DNA of 64,000 nt from the human T2T-CHM13v2.0 reference genome, Homo sapiens (GCF_009914755.1 NC_060929.1); one strand, 5' to 3'; counted from the first letter of the stretch, positions 46,881 through 60,895 are shown. Notes: generated by a model from the letters alone, not told the origin. Numbers and translations are program-made.

Positions 46881-48445
46881 AGGAACACCTATGGTAGAAA
46901 TATTTCTCAGGTATGACAATGTCCAAAAGCCTAATTAAGGATCAAGTAAAAATTGGCATACTTCTTAGTATGTGGTTTGTATTTAGCCCATCAACACTGC
47001 AAGTTTTGCTTCTGGGCTTGTTTCTCCCTTTGTTTTGTTAAAGGGAAGCTCAGAACCACTATCATGTCTCACTTCTTATCAAATATGTAGCATCTTTGTT
47101 GTATGAACTTTTTATACCAACTGTATCCCTGGTATATCTTAATTTCCTATCTTGATTTAACCTTCATTCATCTTTATTCACCTGTTTATTTTTTATCCTA
47201 CTGTAGTTTATTTGTATGTAAAAGCCACTTTTCTTCTTTTAGGGGAAAAGGATAATATAAAACAAAACAAGGATCTCCACACAGGATGAAATGCAAGCAA
47301 ACAGCTAAACTGCATCACTAGCTCCACTGCCCTCTCTAACCTGATATCTGAATAGAGTGACTACTATAAAAACAGAGGTCTCAAAAAGCTTTCATTCTAC
47401 ATTTGTTCTACCACTTACTCAGAAACTTTTATGATATACCTACTGTGTGCCAGGTACCCTGATAATTGTTAAGTTTACAAAAATATGTTTAAGTTTATGG
47501 TCCTGGACCGTCCGCCCCCAAACCTCAAATTCAAATAAGAAAAGCAGATAAATATACAGATAAGTGTAACAGAGTGTGTAAATATAATACTGTAGTAATA
47601 ATAGAATGAAAAGCCTCAGGTGTTCAGAGAAGTACAGAGAACTATAGGTACAAGCTAGCTGACCACCCCTGCAAGGTGCATTATTCAGTAAATAGTCTAC
47701 CTCTAGAGTTGAAATGTAAGGTAACTGGCATGTACATCATATCATACTATCTATGCTGAAGTAATTTAAAGTAAATCAGACATTGTAAGATGTATTGTCT
47801 CTTTTGCCCTACCTTGATTTCAGCTACAGATACATATTTCTCCAACAGGAAGTTTACTCACACAATGCATTCCTTGGGATTTGGCCAATTTTAGACTTGT
47901 CCCTTTTCCCCACTCTTTCTATCAGGAAAGAAACAAACTCCTGTCCTTGCTCTGTTTCTGTTGTTTTTAAGCATGCTCTTGGGGGGTCTCATTCTTTACT
48001 CTCAAAGTATATCCCTTCGAAACAAATCTATTGCTCCTCCTAAGGAGAATCCTGATAATTCATATAAGCATTTTAACCCAGGTCTGTATGATGTTAGAGC
48101 CTGAGATTTTAATCTTTCCTTTATGCTAGATCATCTGTATTATATTATTTAATATCAAGAAAATATATGGCTGATAAGACCTGAGATGTTTAGTAAAAAC
48201 TTTATTAACAATTATCAATTCAAGAACAACTATACCACTGAGTTTTAGAAGGGAGATGAAATATAAATAAAATAATTCTGGAGGAGTCCTTACTGTCTTA
48301 TTTGAACGGATTTGTCATTTGTCATAAATATGTATATTTGAAATAACTTTAGAATAGTTTCAAGCAGCATGCCAACAAATGGAATTTAAGGAAATTGTAA
48401 TTACAGTCCTTTCACTTAGCAGATTAATAATTTTGAGTAAGGTAT

Positions 48446-48723
48446 ATTTTAATTAAACTTTAAGTTCTGGGATACGTGTGCAGAACATGCAGTTTTGTTA
48501 CATAGGTATACACGTGCCATGGTGGTTTGCTGCACCCATCAACCCGTCATCTATATTAGGTATTTCTCCTAATATTATCCCTCCCCTAGCCCCCCATCCC
48601 CTGACAGGCCCCGGTGTGTGATGGTCCCCTCCCTATGTCCATGTGTTCTCATTGTTCAACTCCCACTTATGAGTGAGAACATGTGGTGTTTGGTTTTCTG
48701 TTCTTGTGTTAGTTTGCTGAGAA
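48446..48723 (-). mobile_element. L1PA7/8-like 3' end
   Basis: Reverse 3'UTR similar to the 43265-43694 copy. Confidence 0.9.
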
Positions 48724-49117
48724 GGTTTTATGTTTCATTTGCTTCCTCTGATATTGGTAAGTGTTCTCACCTCCTTAACTAGTGTGAGTATGGAGATTCT
48801 ATAACTATAACCAGCAAGGAATAATTAACCATTGGTCACCTTAAAACTATATAAAATAAGAATGAGGGTTTCTCTTTGGAAAAGTGGAATTTTTAACGGG
48901 TGGGACTTTACATTTCATATCTTTCAATCCCTTCTTTCACCTATAAGGAATCAGAGAAGGAAAGGAATGCCTAACAGTAAAGAGCTGGGTTAGAATAACT
49001 TTTCAATTTACTATACTGACCTTGAAACCCGTATCTATATCATTCAGCCTCTTCCTACATCTTAGGTACAGGTGAAAGTGTAGTTTAGATGACATATGAC
49101 CAAATGCTCTGACTTAC

Positions 49118-49255
49118 CTTTTAGCAAACATTTTAGAATCCAAGCATCCAAATGAGGGCCTGCTGTCATTGGAGGTTCTAAATTCATCCTTACAATGCCC
49201 TTGACTTTCATGGTTCTCTCTCTCTGAATTTTTTCAGTCCCCAGTTGGCTCAGCT
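49118..49255 (-). other. Candidate spliced internal exon (138 nt) of an unidentified transcript
   Basis: Acceptor ctgat...gtgtttattttttctatatag| and donor aag|gtaagt; one frame is open throughout. Confidence 0.45.
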
Positions 49256-49384
49256 CTATATAGAAAAAATAAACACAAGTACATCAGGCTAATCGTGCAA
49301 AACCAAACCTAAGTGTGGTGATTAATGTCACAAGTTTACTGACTAATTCATTCAATAAATGTTTATTCAGCACCTATTACAAAC

Positions 49385-49785
49385 TTATTTATTGTTTGTT
49401 CCCCATTATCCTTCTTCCTTTTCTAACATCTTTTCTAACAGCAAAGGAATTTCTTTTGGAGGAATGTCCTCTTTTCTATCTAATACAACCTGGTTAGATT
49501 CTAATTAGCAGCCTTTTCTCCTTAGGGGGAAAGTAGGCATATCTCAGGCAGGCCATCAGATGTTCTTTCCTATAATTTGAATCTTTGGCAAAGAGTCTAA
49601 GATATTGAAAGTAGTTGGAGTTCCATCTTGACCAGTGGCAGCATTCTTGTCAGTGGCTAATGGATCATTAGTCCTCATCTCCTGTCAACAACATGAGCTC
49701 CGAAAATCCTTACTGCAATTTAGCTTTTGCTTATATTACCCATAGTTGTTTTCTCTTGTTTGTAACCAAAGAACTTAGCTGATAA
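49385..49785 (+). mobile_element. Old MLT1-like LTR relic
   Basis: Ends 'gttgttttctcttgtttgtaaccaaagaacttagctgata', an MLT1-like 3' end. Confidence 0.45.
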
Positions 49786-51513
49786 ATTACCTTTCATGTA
49801 TTCACTACTATGTTAGATGCTAAATACTAACGACAGAAAAAGAACATAAAGTAATTAAAACACAGATCCCTATCCTTGCAAGATCTTTCTGTACAGTTTT
49901 AAAGTACAATACATGCATATAAGAAACAAATACAAAATGCAAGAGGTCACTAATTACCAAATAGACTGTTTCAGACAATGAGAGTTGTTGGAGTCCAGAG
50001 AAGACAGGGAAGATCAGTAAAGGGTAGGCCTTAAAAAATAGGTATTAGATGTAATAGCAGAAGAAAAGGGAAATGACCTTTTAGAAGTGAATGGTCAAAT
50101 AAACGAGAACTTTGAATTCAAAATGAGCAAAGTGTGTTACAAGAGTAGTAAGAATTGTTCTTCAATAAGATGATAATCTTCTCAACAATATAGGATCACT
50201 TTATTTAAAGGAAATGAGTAAAGCGAGAAACTGAGGACCAACAGCGGTCTTGAGGAATGAAATGCTCACAGAGGATACTGGAAGGAGGAAGCCAGGAGCA
50301 AGCCAGCAAAGGAGTCTAATACATGAGAGATGAGAAAGCAAAGAATCAAGGACATTTGAACTGGTCTTTCGACAAGCGTTTAACTTCTCTGGTCCTCAAT
50401 TTTCTCAACTTTAAAATGGGGGCAATCACGGTACCACCTTAAAGGGTGTTGTGAGGACAAGGTTAGTTATTAAAGTACTTACAATATTTGGGCTAGATTA
50501 ATAAGTAATACAAATCTGCATTTTCAAGGAGAGTATGACCTCTGTTGCTCAAGCCTCCAAGAAGTTCAAGTACAAGTCAAGAAGTGCTCCTGAATTTAGT
50601 TACTTGTTCATTATTGACTATCACGAAAGTAATTTTGAGACAGAATGTGACAATTGTATAAAGAGAGAGTGAGTGCTGAAAAAATGGAAGGTGTTGGATT
50701 TTTATTCAAAAGTTTCATAGTGAAATGAGAGAAATCACTTGATAAAGAGCAAGCAAGTACGACAACATTCCAAAGGCAAGGAGGAAGGGAATAAGGATGA
50801 GAATATATTGAGTTTCAACCTAAGATTTTCATGGAAGTCAAAGAAAAATCCAGGACACAGAGTAGTTTATCTTAGGGAATTGATTGCTTCTTGTGTGTGT
50901 GAAGTAAAAGTATGTTAAGAGTGAAAAGAATGCATTGAAGTGGAGAATAAAATATATAATGAAATTCAGGACCAATGGACACAATGTTATCAGGAAAATA
51001 GAAGAGGCCAAATTTTGTGAAGAGGCCAAATTTTGCTTGTGAAGACAAAGTTACAGAAAGCTGTAAAATACCAGAAAATGGCAAATCTTCGTATATCTTA
51101 TTGAGACTTTCTACTATCTTAAGAAATTTCGAGTTCAAGTGCTCCCTAAACACTATCCTAGGGTTGAGTCAGGAAATCATTTCTATCCAGTTAGGACTTC
51201 ATAGAACTGGATATCCACCCAAAAATATATATTCTAAAATTGCTTATCTCAGAAAAGATTTTAGTTGTTATTCATAAGGTGGAGTTCCAGCATATACAAA
51301 GTTAACTTACATAGATTTGGCCATTACATCCTTTGTAAAAAATAATTATAAATTCTGTCATTCCATTATATGAGCTCAAGCTAAAGAGTGAACACAAAAA
51401 GAGAGCTATGTCCCAGAGTGTTTCTTACAGCAATGAGCTGTCATTTTGCTAAGTAATATTCTAGTTCACACAACGTGACCTGTAAACTCTAGCCAACTTC
51501 TCTTCGGGCACTT

Positions 51514-51515
<2 letters not shown>

Positions 51516-51552
<37 letters not shown>
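51516..51552. repeat. (CA)n microsatellite
   Basis: Read directly; one CG interruption. Confidence 0.95.
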
Positions 51553-51574
51553 ATTTTTTTTTTCCTGCTAGACT

Positions 51575-52091
51575 GCAATATTTGTTGCTCTTGGCTTCCT
51601 GGCATCCAAATGCTCTCCCACCCCTTGTTTGAATCCTGATCTCCCTTTGGGTGGAATTTCCCCATGAGTAAGTTTCTCATGGGAGAGCATTTCCTATCTC
51701 TTGTTGCTCATGGTTTATCCCACCAAAAAGAAAAAAAAAAAAACCTATCTTTGTCTGCTTCCTGGTACAATTAAGCAGTGGACAACATCACCTGAGCTCA
51801 ATCCACTAGAATTTGTAATCAGAAGAAAAGGATGCAGAGACAGAATAGCTATTTGAAGTCCCAATCTATTACAGCAGAAGTACTGAAGCACAGACCAGAG
51901 TCTATCCATGCAGCCTGGCCTTTGAATGCCTCTTGGTTTTTGCCCATTTATCAAATCCTATTGCCTGTTGGTTCCCAGTAAAGGATAATCTCTTGATAAT
52001 CTTCTAATAAACAACTCTTTTGCTTAAAAAATGTCAGTGTCATTTTTTGTAACCTGTAAACAAAAAATAATAAAAACAATACTCACTGACA
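51575..52091 (+). mobile_element. Old MLT1-like LTR relic
   Basis: 'tggcttcctggcatccaaat...ctccctttggg' start and 'aataaacaactctttttgcttaa...tgtaacctgtaaac...ctgaca' end. Confidence 0.45.
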
Positions 52092-53317
52092 CTCTAAAAG
52101 AAGAATTGACCACGTTGAATCTATTGAGAGGCAGAACATCAATATCACAGGTGGCAACTGCTTAGGAGAATTTCAGATGCAGTTTTGACTATGAGATTTT
52201 GCCTTACATGCTGACATTGGAACCTAACTTCCACTTACTAAGTACCTCTAATGCAGTATCACATATCACAGTGAAATGTTGGAAGCAAACTAAAAGTTCT
52301 ACATAAGAAATTATCTAAAAAATAAAAATCCATAGGCTATATATGGATTATCATGCAACTATTAAAATCATATTATTAAACAATATAAAATAACATTTTA
52401 AATGTTACTGTTATTACCAAATCATTTGGCTAGTATGACCCCATATTTACTCATTATTATCTTTAGAAAAATGACTGAATATTATATGTATTGTGGGAAT
52501 TAAGACTCAGAAAAAGCTCAGCTTTAGATAGAAATTTCCTCATTTGGTCATTCTTTGTTTCCTACATAGCAATCCAAATGACACATATCTTAGTAATCGC
52601 ATGCCCACATACAGAACTCAGAAAACCAATTTTTTTACAAAAACAATATTTAACCATGGCTGAAAATAATTTTCAATGGGCCATATCCTTAGCAGGTCTT
52701 TAGAATCTTACTAATCTGTTCTCATTGTTATTATTGATGTTTTTGGTATGGGCACCCAACCCAGAGAAATATTCACCTGTAGTTCTGCGTGCTACATTTT
52801 ATCACTGATTTTTAGTAGAAAAAAATTGCTGCACACAATAATTATTTTATATTAATTATTTACTTAATAGGGTGATAAATGTCCTTGTTGCCTCCATTTA
52901 TCAAGTAGAATTTTCACAAAATCCTTGTTCAGTGAGTATATAATCCTATTTTACAGATGAGGAAAGATAGGACCAAGAAGGTCACACAAGTAAGTGGTGG
53001 AATATGGTCTACCTATCAGTCTTTCTGCTATAACTTACTGATTTGCAAACTATCTATTCTCATAATTCATTCCAGAGCATGAAATGGAAATTGTTGAACC
53101 ATACATGTAGTAGAAGGTGGGCACAGTTGGCCATTCGACTTGGGTCTCAGAACGCAATACTTTAGGAAACTCCACCAGGGTCCACAGTTCGGTCTTTCTT
53201 ATCCATGTGTCTGCAACTTATTGAAGCAACACCTCTATATTAAAATTCATTACAAAGTAATGAATGGTACTGAAATCAAGAGTTAATTAGAATAGAATAT
53301 AAAGAATCATCTAGTAG

Positions 53318-53485
53318 AGCAGGGTGTACTGGCATTTGCCTGTAGTTCCAGCTACTCAGAAGACTAAGGCAGGAGGATCATTTGAGCCCAGGAGTTAGAG
53401 GATATGGTGCACTTTATGGCACCTGTGAATTGCCACACCAACCTGGGCAACATAGTGAAACCCCATCTCTAAGAAAAGAAAAAGA
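53318..53485 (+). mobile_element. Alu monomer (FRAM/FAM-like)
   Basis: 'gcctgtagttccagctactcagaagactaaggcaggaggatcatttgagcccaggag...cctgggcaacatagtgaaaccccatctct' plus A-rich tail. Confidence 0.8.
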
Positions 53486-53639
53486 ATTATCTAGCATAGA
53501 CTAGAATGTTAGAATGTATTATATTATGAGACATTTCAAGTCAGTGAACATATGATGGGTTATTTAACATATTTAAGATATACTAACAAGTATATTTAAC
53601 AATATATTAATGATTTAGGAAAAGTAGTATATTACTATT

Positions 53640-55470
53640 CCAAATCAAAATATATTTTAGAAAAATTGAACATACAGGCATTTAAAAATATTAAGAATCA
53701 TAAAAGCACTAGAATAAAACATAGATTGATATTTCTTAAGTGGAATAGTAAAGACAGAAATCATAAAGTTTAAAAGACTTGTAATCAAAACTACAACTTA
53801 TAAAGGGACAAACTGAGTAAAATATTTGTAGAAAAATGACAATGAAAGAGTTGCTATCCTTATGTGTGAAAAATGTTTATGAAATTAAGAAACAATCCTC
53901 AGGTAAGATGAAGCTGCGAGATAATTTTCACATACCCACATCCCCCAACACACACACGAAAACTTTCTGCTCCAAACATGTCAATAATTGATCAAATATT
54001 TTTCAATATAATAAAAAAGACATAGCTTTAATTTTTTTAAAAGGTAAAATGTCATTGTAGTTCAAAGACAGAACCAAATACCAAAGGAGCAAGTGGGGCT
54101 AAAGTCTTCTGGACTCTGGGTCTGGACACAGGAGAGGAGATGGCTGAAGTGACATTCCCGTGAGAAAATGAAAACTCAAAGTGACCCACAGAGACCAGGG
54201 ACCAGCATTAAGTTCATTGCTTGGCAACTGGACAGAGATTAGGTTTTCTTTGTATACAAAGATAGACTTTTTAATAAGTTGTTGCCTTTATGCAAGGATA
54301 TTGCTTTCATAAAGGTTTTCAATGAGGAAAATAAAAGAAAGCAGAGATGACCACCTTCCAGCTAGAAGTTGAACAAACCTAGTCATAATCTAAAATGGGA
54401 CAGGAGCTTTAAACCTTGGATGTGACCTGGTTTAGGAGTGAAAGCTTCATGGAGCTGGAAGGAGTCAACTCACAAATAACCTCAATATTATATCGAGAGA
54501 GGTAAATATTCAAGTATGAGTGAAAAATGAAAGAAAAATGTTCCAATCAAGATAAGTCTGCATATTGCACTTTTGTTACACATGAAGAAAATCCATAAAT
54601 ACAGCCAAGAAAATAAACTAGATTAATTTATCCTGATAAAAAGGAAATAAAGCAATCCAAAAATGACTTTAAAGTAAGTGTTCTGTGGTATTTAGGGATA
54701 AAATAAAACTAAAGGGAAAAGGAAGAGAATATGACAAATAAACTAATACGAAATATAAATGGATATAAATATAGCTATTAATTGAAATAGAGTATACTGA
54801 AATAAACTCTGAATAGAAGTCAAAGAGAAATTAATCAAAATGGAACACAGTAATAATGAATTTACCAAGAAAAGATCACAGTGAGACAAAGAAATTAAAA
54901 GTTATGAAAAAGCACTTAAAATATCCTAATGAAAAACATTTTAATAAAAATTCCAACAGAAGAGAACAGAGGAAATGACAGGTTTATAACATTCAAAAAT
55001 ATAATGCTAAGACTATTTTATAAGAATGTGAATATTCACACTAAAAATGCATACTAAAAATCATAAAGACTATCAGATTACAAAAAAAAGCTTTGTCACA
55101 AAGGGATGACTTCGACTCAAAGCAGACATGTCACTAGCAACAAAATATAGAAGGAAATTACTCATAGATTCAAAGTGGTAAGTTAAAATAACTGTCAACC
55201 TAAAGTTCTTTACCTGAAGAAGTTATTATTTTCAGTCAATGAAAAATAAATATACTTTTAGGCTTCCCATGTAAGAAACTCTATTACCCACAAAACTTTG
55301 CTGAAAGAATGATTAACAAGGGTCCCCATTAGAATGTTCATTATAACATTGTGTGTAGAAGTAAATATTATAATGAACTGAAGTATCTATGGACAGAAAA
55401 ATAAATCTTACAAATATGGTATTGAACATTACATAGCAGTGAAAATGAATGAACTAAAACTTCATAAAAT
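53640..55470 (+). mobile_element. Highly degraded L1ME-type fragments
   Basis: A-rich ORF1/3'-end-like DNA ('aataactgtcaacctaaagttctttacctgaagaagttatt', 'acatagcagtgaaaatgaatgaactaaaact'). Confidence 0.55.
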
Positions 55471-56242
55471 CATGGTTTTCTTACTGAGATCTTAGAACAA
55501 TTGCTCTAAAGTTAAAGATGGATTCTTTCAGAACTACAGGTAAATATTTCTCTGGGTTGAGTGACCATATCAACAAACGTCAATAACAATGTAAGTACCG
55601 CGCATTAACTGATAGCGTGACTGGAGTTCCAAAAACATCAATGACAATAATGAAAACAAATTAGTAAGATTCTAAGAGATTTATTGAGGATATGGCACAT
55701 TGAAAATTATTTTCAGCCATGGTTAAATTTATTTTTATAAAAAATTGGTGTTCTATTTTTGATATGTGGGCATATGAATACTAAGACTTGTCATTTGGGA
55801 TGCTATCTGGGAAATACAAGTAAACATAATTCTTAAGCTTATAAGTTATTTGATTATAAATTAAAAGTAAGCTTTTTTATTTCACTTACATTTAATCATG
55901 TAAAAATGATACATGAAATGAAAGTTTATTACATATTCAGAACTATGATAGAAGCATATGAACATTCTGAAAGGCCAGTAAAGCTGCCTTTAATATTTAG
56001 CTTTGAGCTTTTTTTTTAACCTAGGTAAAAAGAAGTCAGTCATATAATTCTCACTATCAAAAAGGAAGAAAAATACCAGTGCCTCACCAGAGCAAAATTT
56101 TTCTGGTACTGAATTCTAAGGAAAGTTTTCTTCATGGTGCTCAATATAGGTAAAATTAAAAATGAGAATAATGTTAACAATGAAATGTGTGTAGAAAATA
56201 TAATAGAGAGTTTTCAATATTATTTCCTGTACTCATCTTAAA

Positions 56243-56340
56243 AAATGAAAGAAAGAAAGGAAAGAAGGGAGATAGGAAGGGGACGAGAGAGGGAGGAAGG
56301 GAGGGAATGAAGGGAGAGGAATAAAGGAAAAAAAAGGAAT
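56243..56340. repeat. Purine-rich (GAAA/GGAA) low-complexity repeat
   Basis: Read directly. Confidence 0.85.
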
Positions 56341-57384
56341 ATAATTGTGCATTTTAACATAACTACAAGAGGAAAAAGTCATACTCTTAAGGGATAGATC
56401 AGTGAAAGCAATTTTGCAAAACACTAGGCTCCCACTGCCCAAATATTTCCTGGTAGTCAGATTTAATTGAAGTATATAATTTAAAATCCATAGAGAAATA
56501 GAATGAGTAATCTTAATTCATATACCATAAATATCACTTCTTTTTTATATGAGCTGAAGAGTAGACAGTACAAAGCTATGACTATTATTCAGGGTCAGGT
56601 ATGTGAATATTTTTGTTGCTACTTAAAGTCAATTTTGTATGCTGCAGAAAGTACAAGAACATGTAATAAAATAAAAGGAATTACAAAAACTGAGGAGACT
56701 ATGGAGACTTTCTGCTGATGCAGATCTCAAGCTTCTTCCAATTGTGCTTATATGTTTGGGAAAATATTTCAATGGAATATAACAATAAGACAAAAAACAA
56801 ATTTTCTCCTTATTCTTTTGATAGAGGCAATAATGAAGCTCAGGGGGCTATGTAAAAATGCACAAAGTGTGTCACATCTTTATCACTGTCTTGATTGCCA
56901 GGATACTCGATAATTACAACTAAAATGACATTCAGAACTGCCGTAAGAGTACCTCCAATTTCCCCTCGTGAGTTTTGTCCTCAGTTGAGTTTTCTGCTTT
57001 AACTACAAAATTCCGTCAGGGCTGCTTGTTTTGCATGCCCGAGTCTGACTGTAATAATCAGGTATAGCACCCCAATCCCACTGCTGATACATCATAATGT
57101 AAGAAGGTGATCTTCGACCTTTTGAATGAAAGCCAAGAACATTTTATTACACATGCTTAAATACAATGAACTATACAGACTCTGAGATGAGTTCTGATAA
57201 TCCATTCCTAGTTTACTCTCATGAAAAAATACCTGGAACACTTTACAGTGTGGTTAAGGAAATACTCTCCATTCTACAGCTCCTATTTCAAATTAAATGA
57301 TATCTTATCCCATGTCATTCCCAGCTGATAGTCTTTTCCCAGCTGTGCGAGCCCCTTTTTGCTCAATATTAAGTTCTTACTGAG

Positions 57385-57473
57385 TCAAGTTTGAGAACTG
57401 CTGTCATAGATTGTGTAGGAATACACTAGGAAGGATCTCCTACACAACCTATGACAGCAGTTCTCAAACTTGA
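57385..57473. repeat. Near-perfect hairpin: 36 bp arms, 17 nt loop
   Basis: tcaagtttgagaactgctgtcatagattgtgtagga (57385-57420) pairs with tcctacacaacctatgacagcagttctcaaacttga (57438-57473), 35/36 complementary. Confidence 0.95.
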
Positions 57474-57632
57474 GCAGACGTCAGAATCAAAGATTCATTA
57501 AAACACACACTACTGGGCATCACTCCTTTAGTTTTTTATTCTGTAGATCTGAGGTGAAGCCTAAGAACTTACATTGTCTACAAATCTTTCGATGATATTG
57601 ATACTACTGGTCCAGGGACTACACTTGGAGTT
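57455..57632. mobile_element. MER5A (hAT-Charlie non-autonomous DNA transposon)
   Basis: 'cagcagttctcaaacttgagcagacgtcagaatca...tactggtccagggactacacttggag' matches recalled MER5A. Confidence 0.85.
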
Positions 57633-58039
57633 CACAAAATGTGGACTGCCTACTCTATCAATTAACACAAATGGCTGCGTTTTGATACACCTCTTGGCTC
57701 CCACTAATCTCAGAACTTTGGGTGCATGTTCTCAATATAGCTACATTATTTCCTGTAAGATCAATGTTTCCTGTATTTGGGGGACAGAGAATTTAAAATT
57801 TTAAATTCTTAATTGCCAAGACAGAAACTTGCTGCTTGAAATTCAAGACGAGAACTCCTCCTCAGCTATTCAGTACCATGGAACTTAAAATATTCAGCGA
57901 TATCACCAAAAAGCTGTCCAAAAGCTGTCTGTCTCCCTTGAAAGCTCAGAGTTAGGATCAATCTCTTCATACCCAACACAAAGTGGTTTGCATTGAATTT
58001 AAGAACAGAGGAAGAGAAATCTTCATTTGCCCACTAATT

Positions 58040-58650
58040 TATTCATTCAAGAAATGATTTCTATTATGTGAAAGCACTGAGCTTTGGCAATAATGAAGAG
58101 ATGAACAGGACATAAATGTCGCCTGCCTGTGTGGAGCAGACAGTGTAAGTGTAATAAACGTACTGTCAGAAGAAATAAAAACAGCTATGGGAACACACAG
58201 CAAATAATTCTGACCTGCTTAGAAATGCCCTTCCTCTGGAATGATGTTTCAGTTGATACCTCAAGGAAGAGTAGAAGAAAGCTGCTCAAAAGTGGGCAGA
58301 GGAAACAGCACACGGGTGGGCCCAGAGTCAAAAGTGCTCAGTTGTGCTTTCTAAAGATGAAAGATGTCACTGTAGTGGAGGATGGGAAGAAAAAATAAAC
58401 AGATAAGAAGTAGAAATAAAAGAAGTTCAGAGCAGCTAAAGAGAGAAGGAGGGAGAACAGCATAAATTCAAGCTGAAGAAATCATCAAGAAACAAGTGGG
58501 GGGCCTTGTCATCCCTGTCACTTTATCCTTGGGAATACCCTTGGGAATCTGGACTTTATCAGGAAGATGAGGAGACACAGAAATATGCAGAGTACACAAA
58601 ATAGGATCTTTGTTTTATAAAACTTTTCTGGCCACTGTGTGGAGAATAGG
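58040..58650 (-). mobile_element. L2 fragment
   Basis: 'attcattcaagaaatgattt...ctggactttatc...tctggccactgtgtggagaatagg'. Confidence 0.65.
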
Positions 58651-59719
58651 AAAGCACCACAGAGTTAACGGAAGAGAGGTGTCGTGTGAGTGGCCTTGCC
58701 TGCAGCTCAAGCAGCTATGAATGCATCATTATCCTGGACAAAGTTGTTTTGAGTCCACTTAGTACATGTCTGCTGTGGACCTGAGGCAGGAGGTCCTCAT
58801 CTTTATTCTAACTAGACGTAAGCCAAGTTCACTATTTCGGCCCTGAGTTTCTCATCATTGAAGTGGAAATAATGATATCTGCCATATTAGATGACAAATA
58901 AAATTCCCAGAGATAGGTTATCTGAAAGAGCTAAATATCTCATCAAAGCCTATTCAATTAGTTCAAGTGTTTAATGAGATTTGGCTATTTTATTACTAAT
59001 AAAGAATCATATGGAAAATTTTGTCTCGGGGCAGGTCAACTTTGCTCATGATAGCAATCTTATTATTGGTTATAATAACAAATTCAAATTAAAACATTTC
59101 ATAACCCACATTAAAGAAATATTTCCAAAATCACACAGCCCATGCCATAGATTTTCAACTCCAGTGAACGAAAATATCCCCTTCCTTTCTCTTCTGCCCC
59201 ATCTCCCTCCTACCTCCTTTTTCCCCAGTTCTAAATTAGTAATTCAAAAATATGATTATCTAAAATATTCTCCACAAAGAGTGGCTTAAAAACAAAACAG
59301 CAGTAACTGCACTATAGCCTCTTTTTCTTTCCTTCACAGTTTTGAACCATATACAAAAATAAACTCCAAAATATTTAAAGAGCAGAAAGCCAGATTCATT
59401 AGGGTAGAGTTTTAGCATAACTTTCACACTGAGGAGGTCCTTGTTTCTCTTTAAATTAAATGCTTGTTAAATTAAGCAAAGTATCCATCATACTAGGAAT
59501 ACTGGCTAATAGAAGCTCCCCAGTCCTGACAAGAAAAAAGAATAGAGAAATTTTTGTTGTACATAATATTGAAGATTTTTAAAAATTTGCATTCTAGAGA
59601 GTTTGTGGTTCATATTGTATGAGGCAAATTGCTCTAGAAAAGTATTATTATCTCAGTAAGCCAAGTCATGGAGGTATTAACCACCATAGAGTAGGTGGAG
59701 AACTATATTACAGTAATAT

Positions 59720-59960
59720 AATAACAATAAACACAGCCATTATTGAGTGTATACCATGTGCCACACACTGTACCTGATATTTTCTCATTTATCTCTTATA
59801 GCAATATATGGTGAATGTATTATTATTTCCATTTGTGTGCAAGGAAACAAACTTCAGAGATAAATCAAAATTCTCAACATTGCACAGTTACTGAACAGTA
59901 CAGCCAGAAGTTAAACCTAAAGACGACTTCAGAGCCCACACTCTTAACCCAGAGTGATCG
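59720..59960 (-). mobile_element. MIR
   Basis: 'tattgagtgtataccatgtgcca...ttcagagcccacactcttaacc'. Confidence 0.7.
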
Positions 59961-60201
59961 CCATGCTGCCTTTCTGATTTCTAAGTCATCCCATTAGAGC
60001 CAGTAAACCTTAGAGCCAAATTTGAAATCACTGCTGATCACTCAACAAATAGTTTTATCTAATAAACTTACCACCTCTATCTAGACTCAAAAGTGCCTAG
60101 CATGAGAACAGAGAACGAGAAGACTTACAGTCCAGGACAGATGACCCTCACTTTTGAGGCCACTAAGTGACATCTGAAACATAACAAGTGTCCATCTCTG
60201 T

Positions 60202-60895
<694 letters not shown>

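Larger units (their letters stand above)
52551..55822. repeat. Long inverted repeat pair (arms ~52551-52787 and ~55529-55822)
   Basis: The arms are reverse complements, including a perfect 31 bp match between 52648-52678 and 55698-55728. Confidence 0.9.

Noticed and set aside
43265-48723. Two similar L1PA7/8 3' ends as a local segmental duplication
   Set aside because: The similarity is confined to L1 sequence, with different truncation points and unrelated flanks; they are independent insertions.
56870-57130. Possible + strand exon or conserved element (VEFSALTTKFRQGCLFCMPESDCNNQ)
   Set aside because: Weak donor (cag|gtatag), no recognisable homology and no partner exons; a few CpGs alone are not enough.
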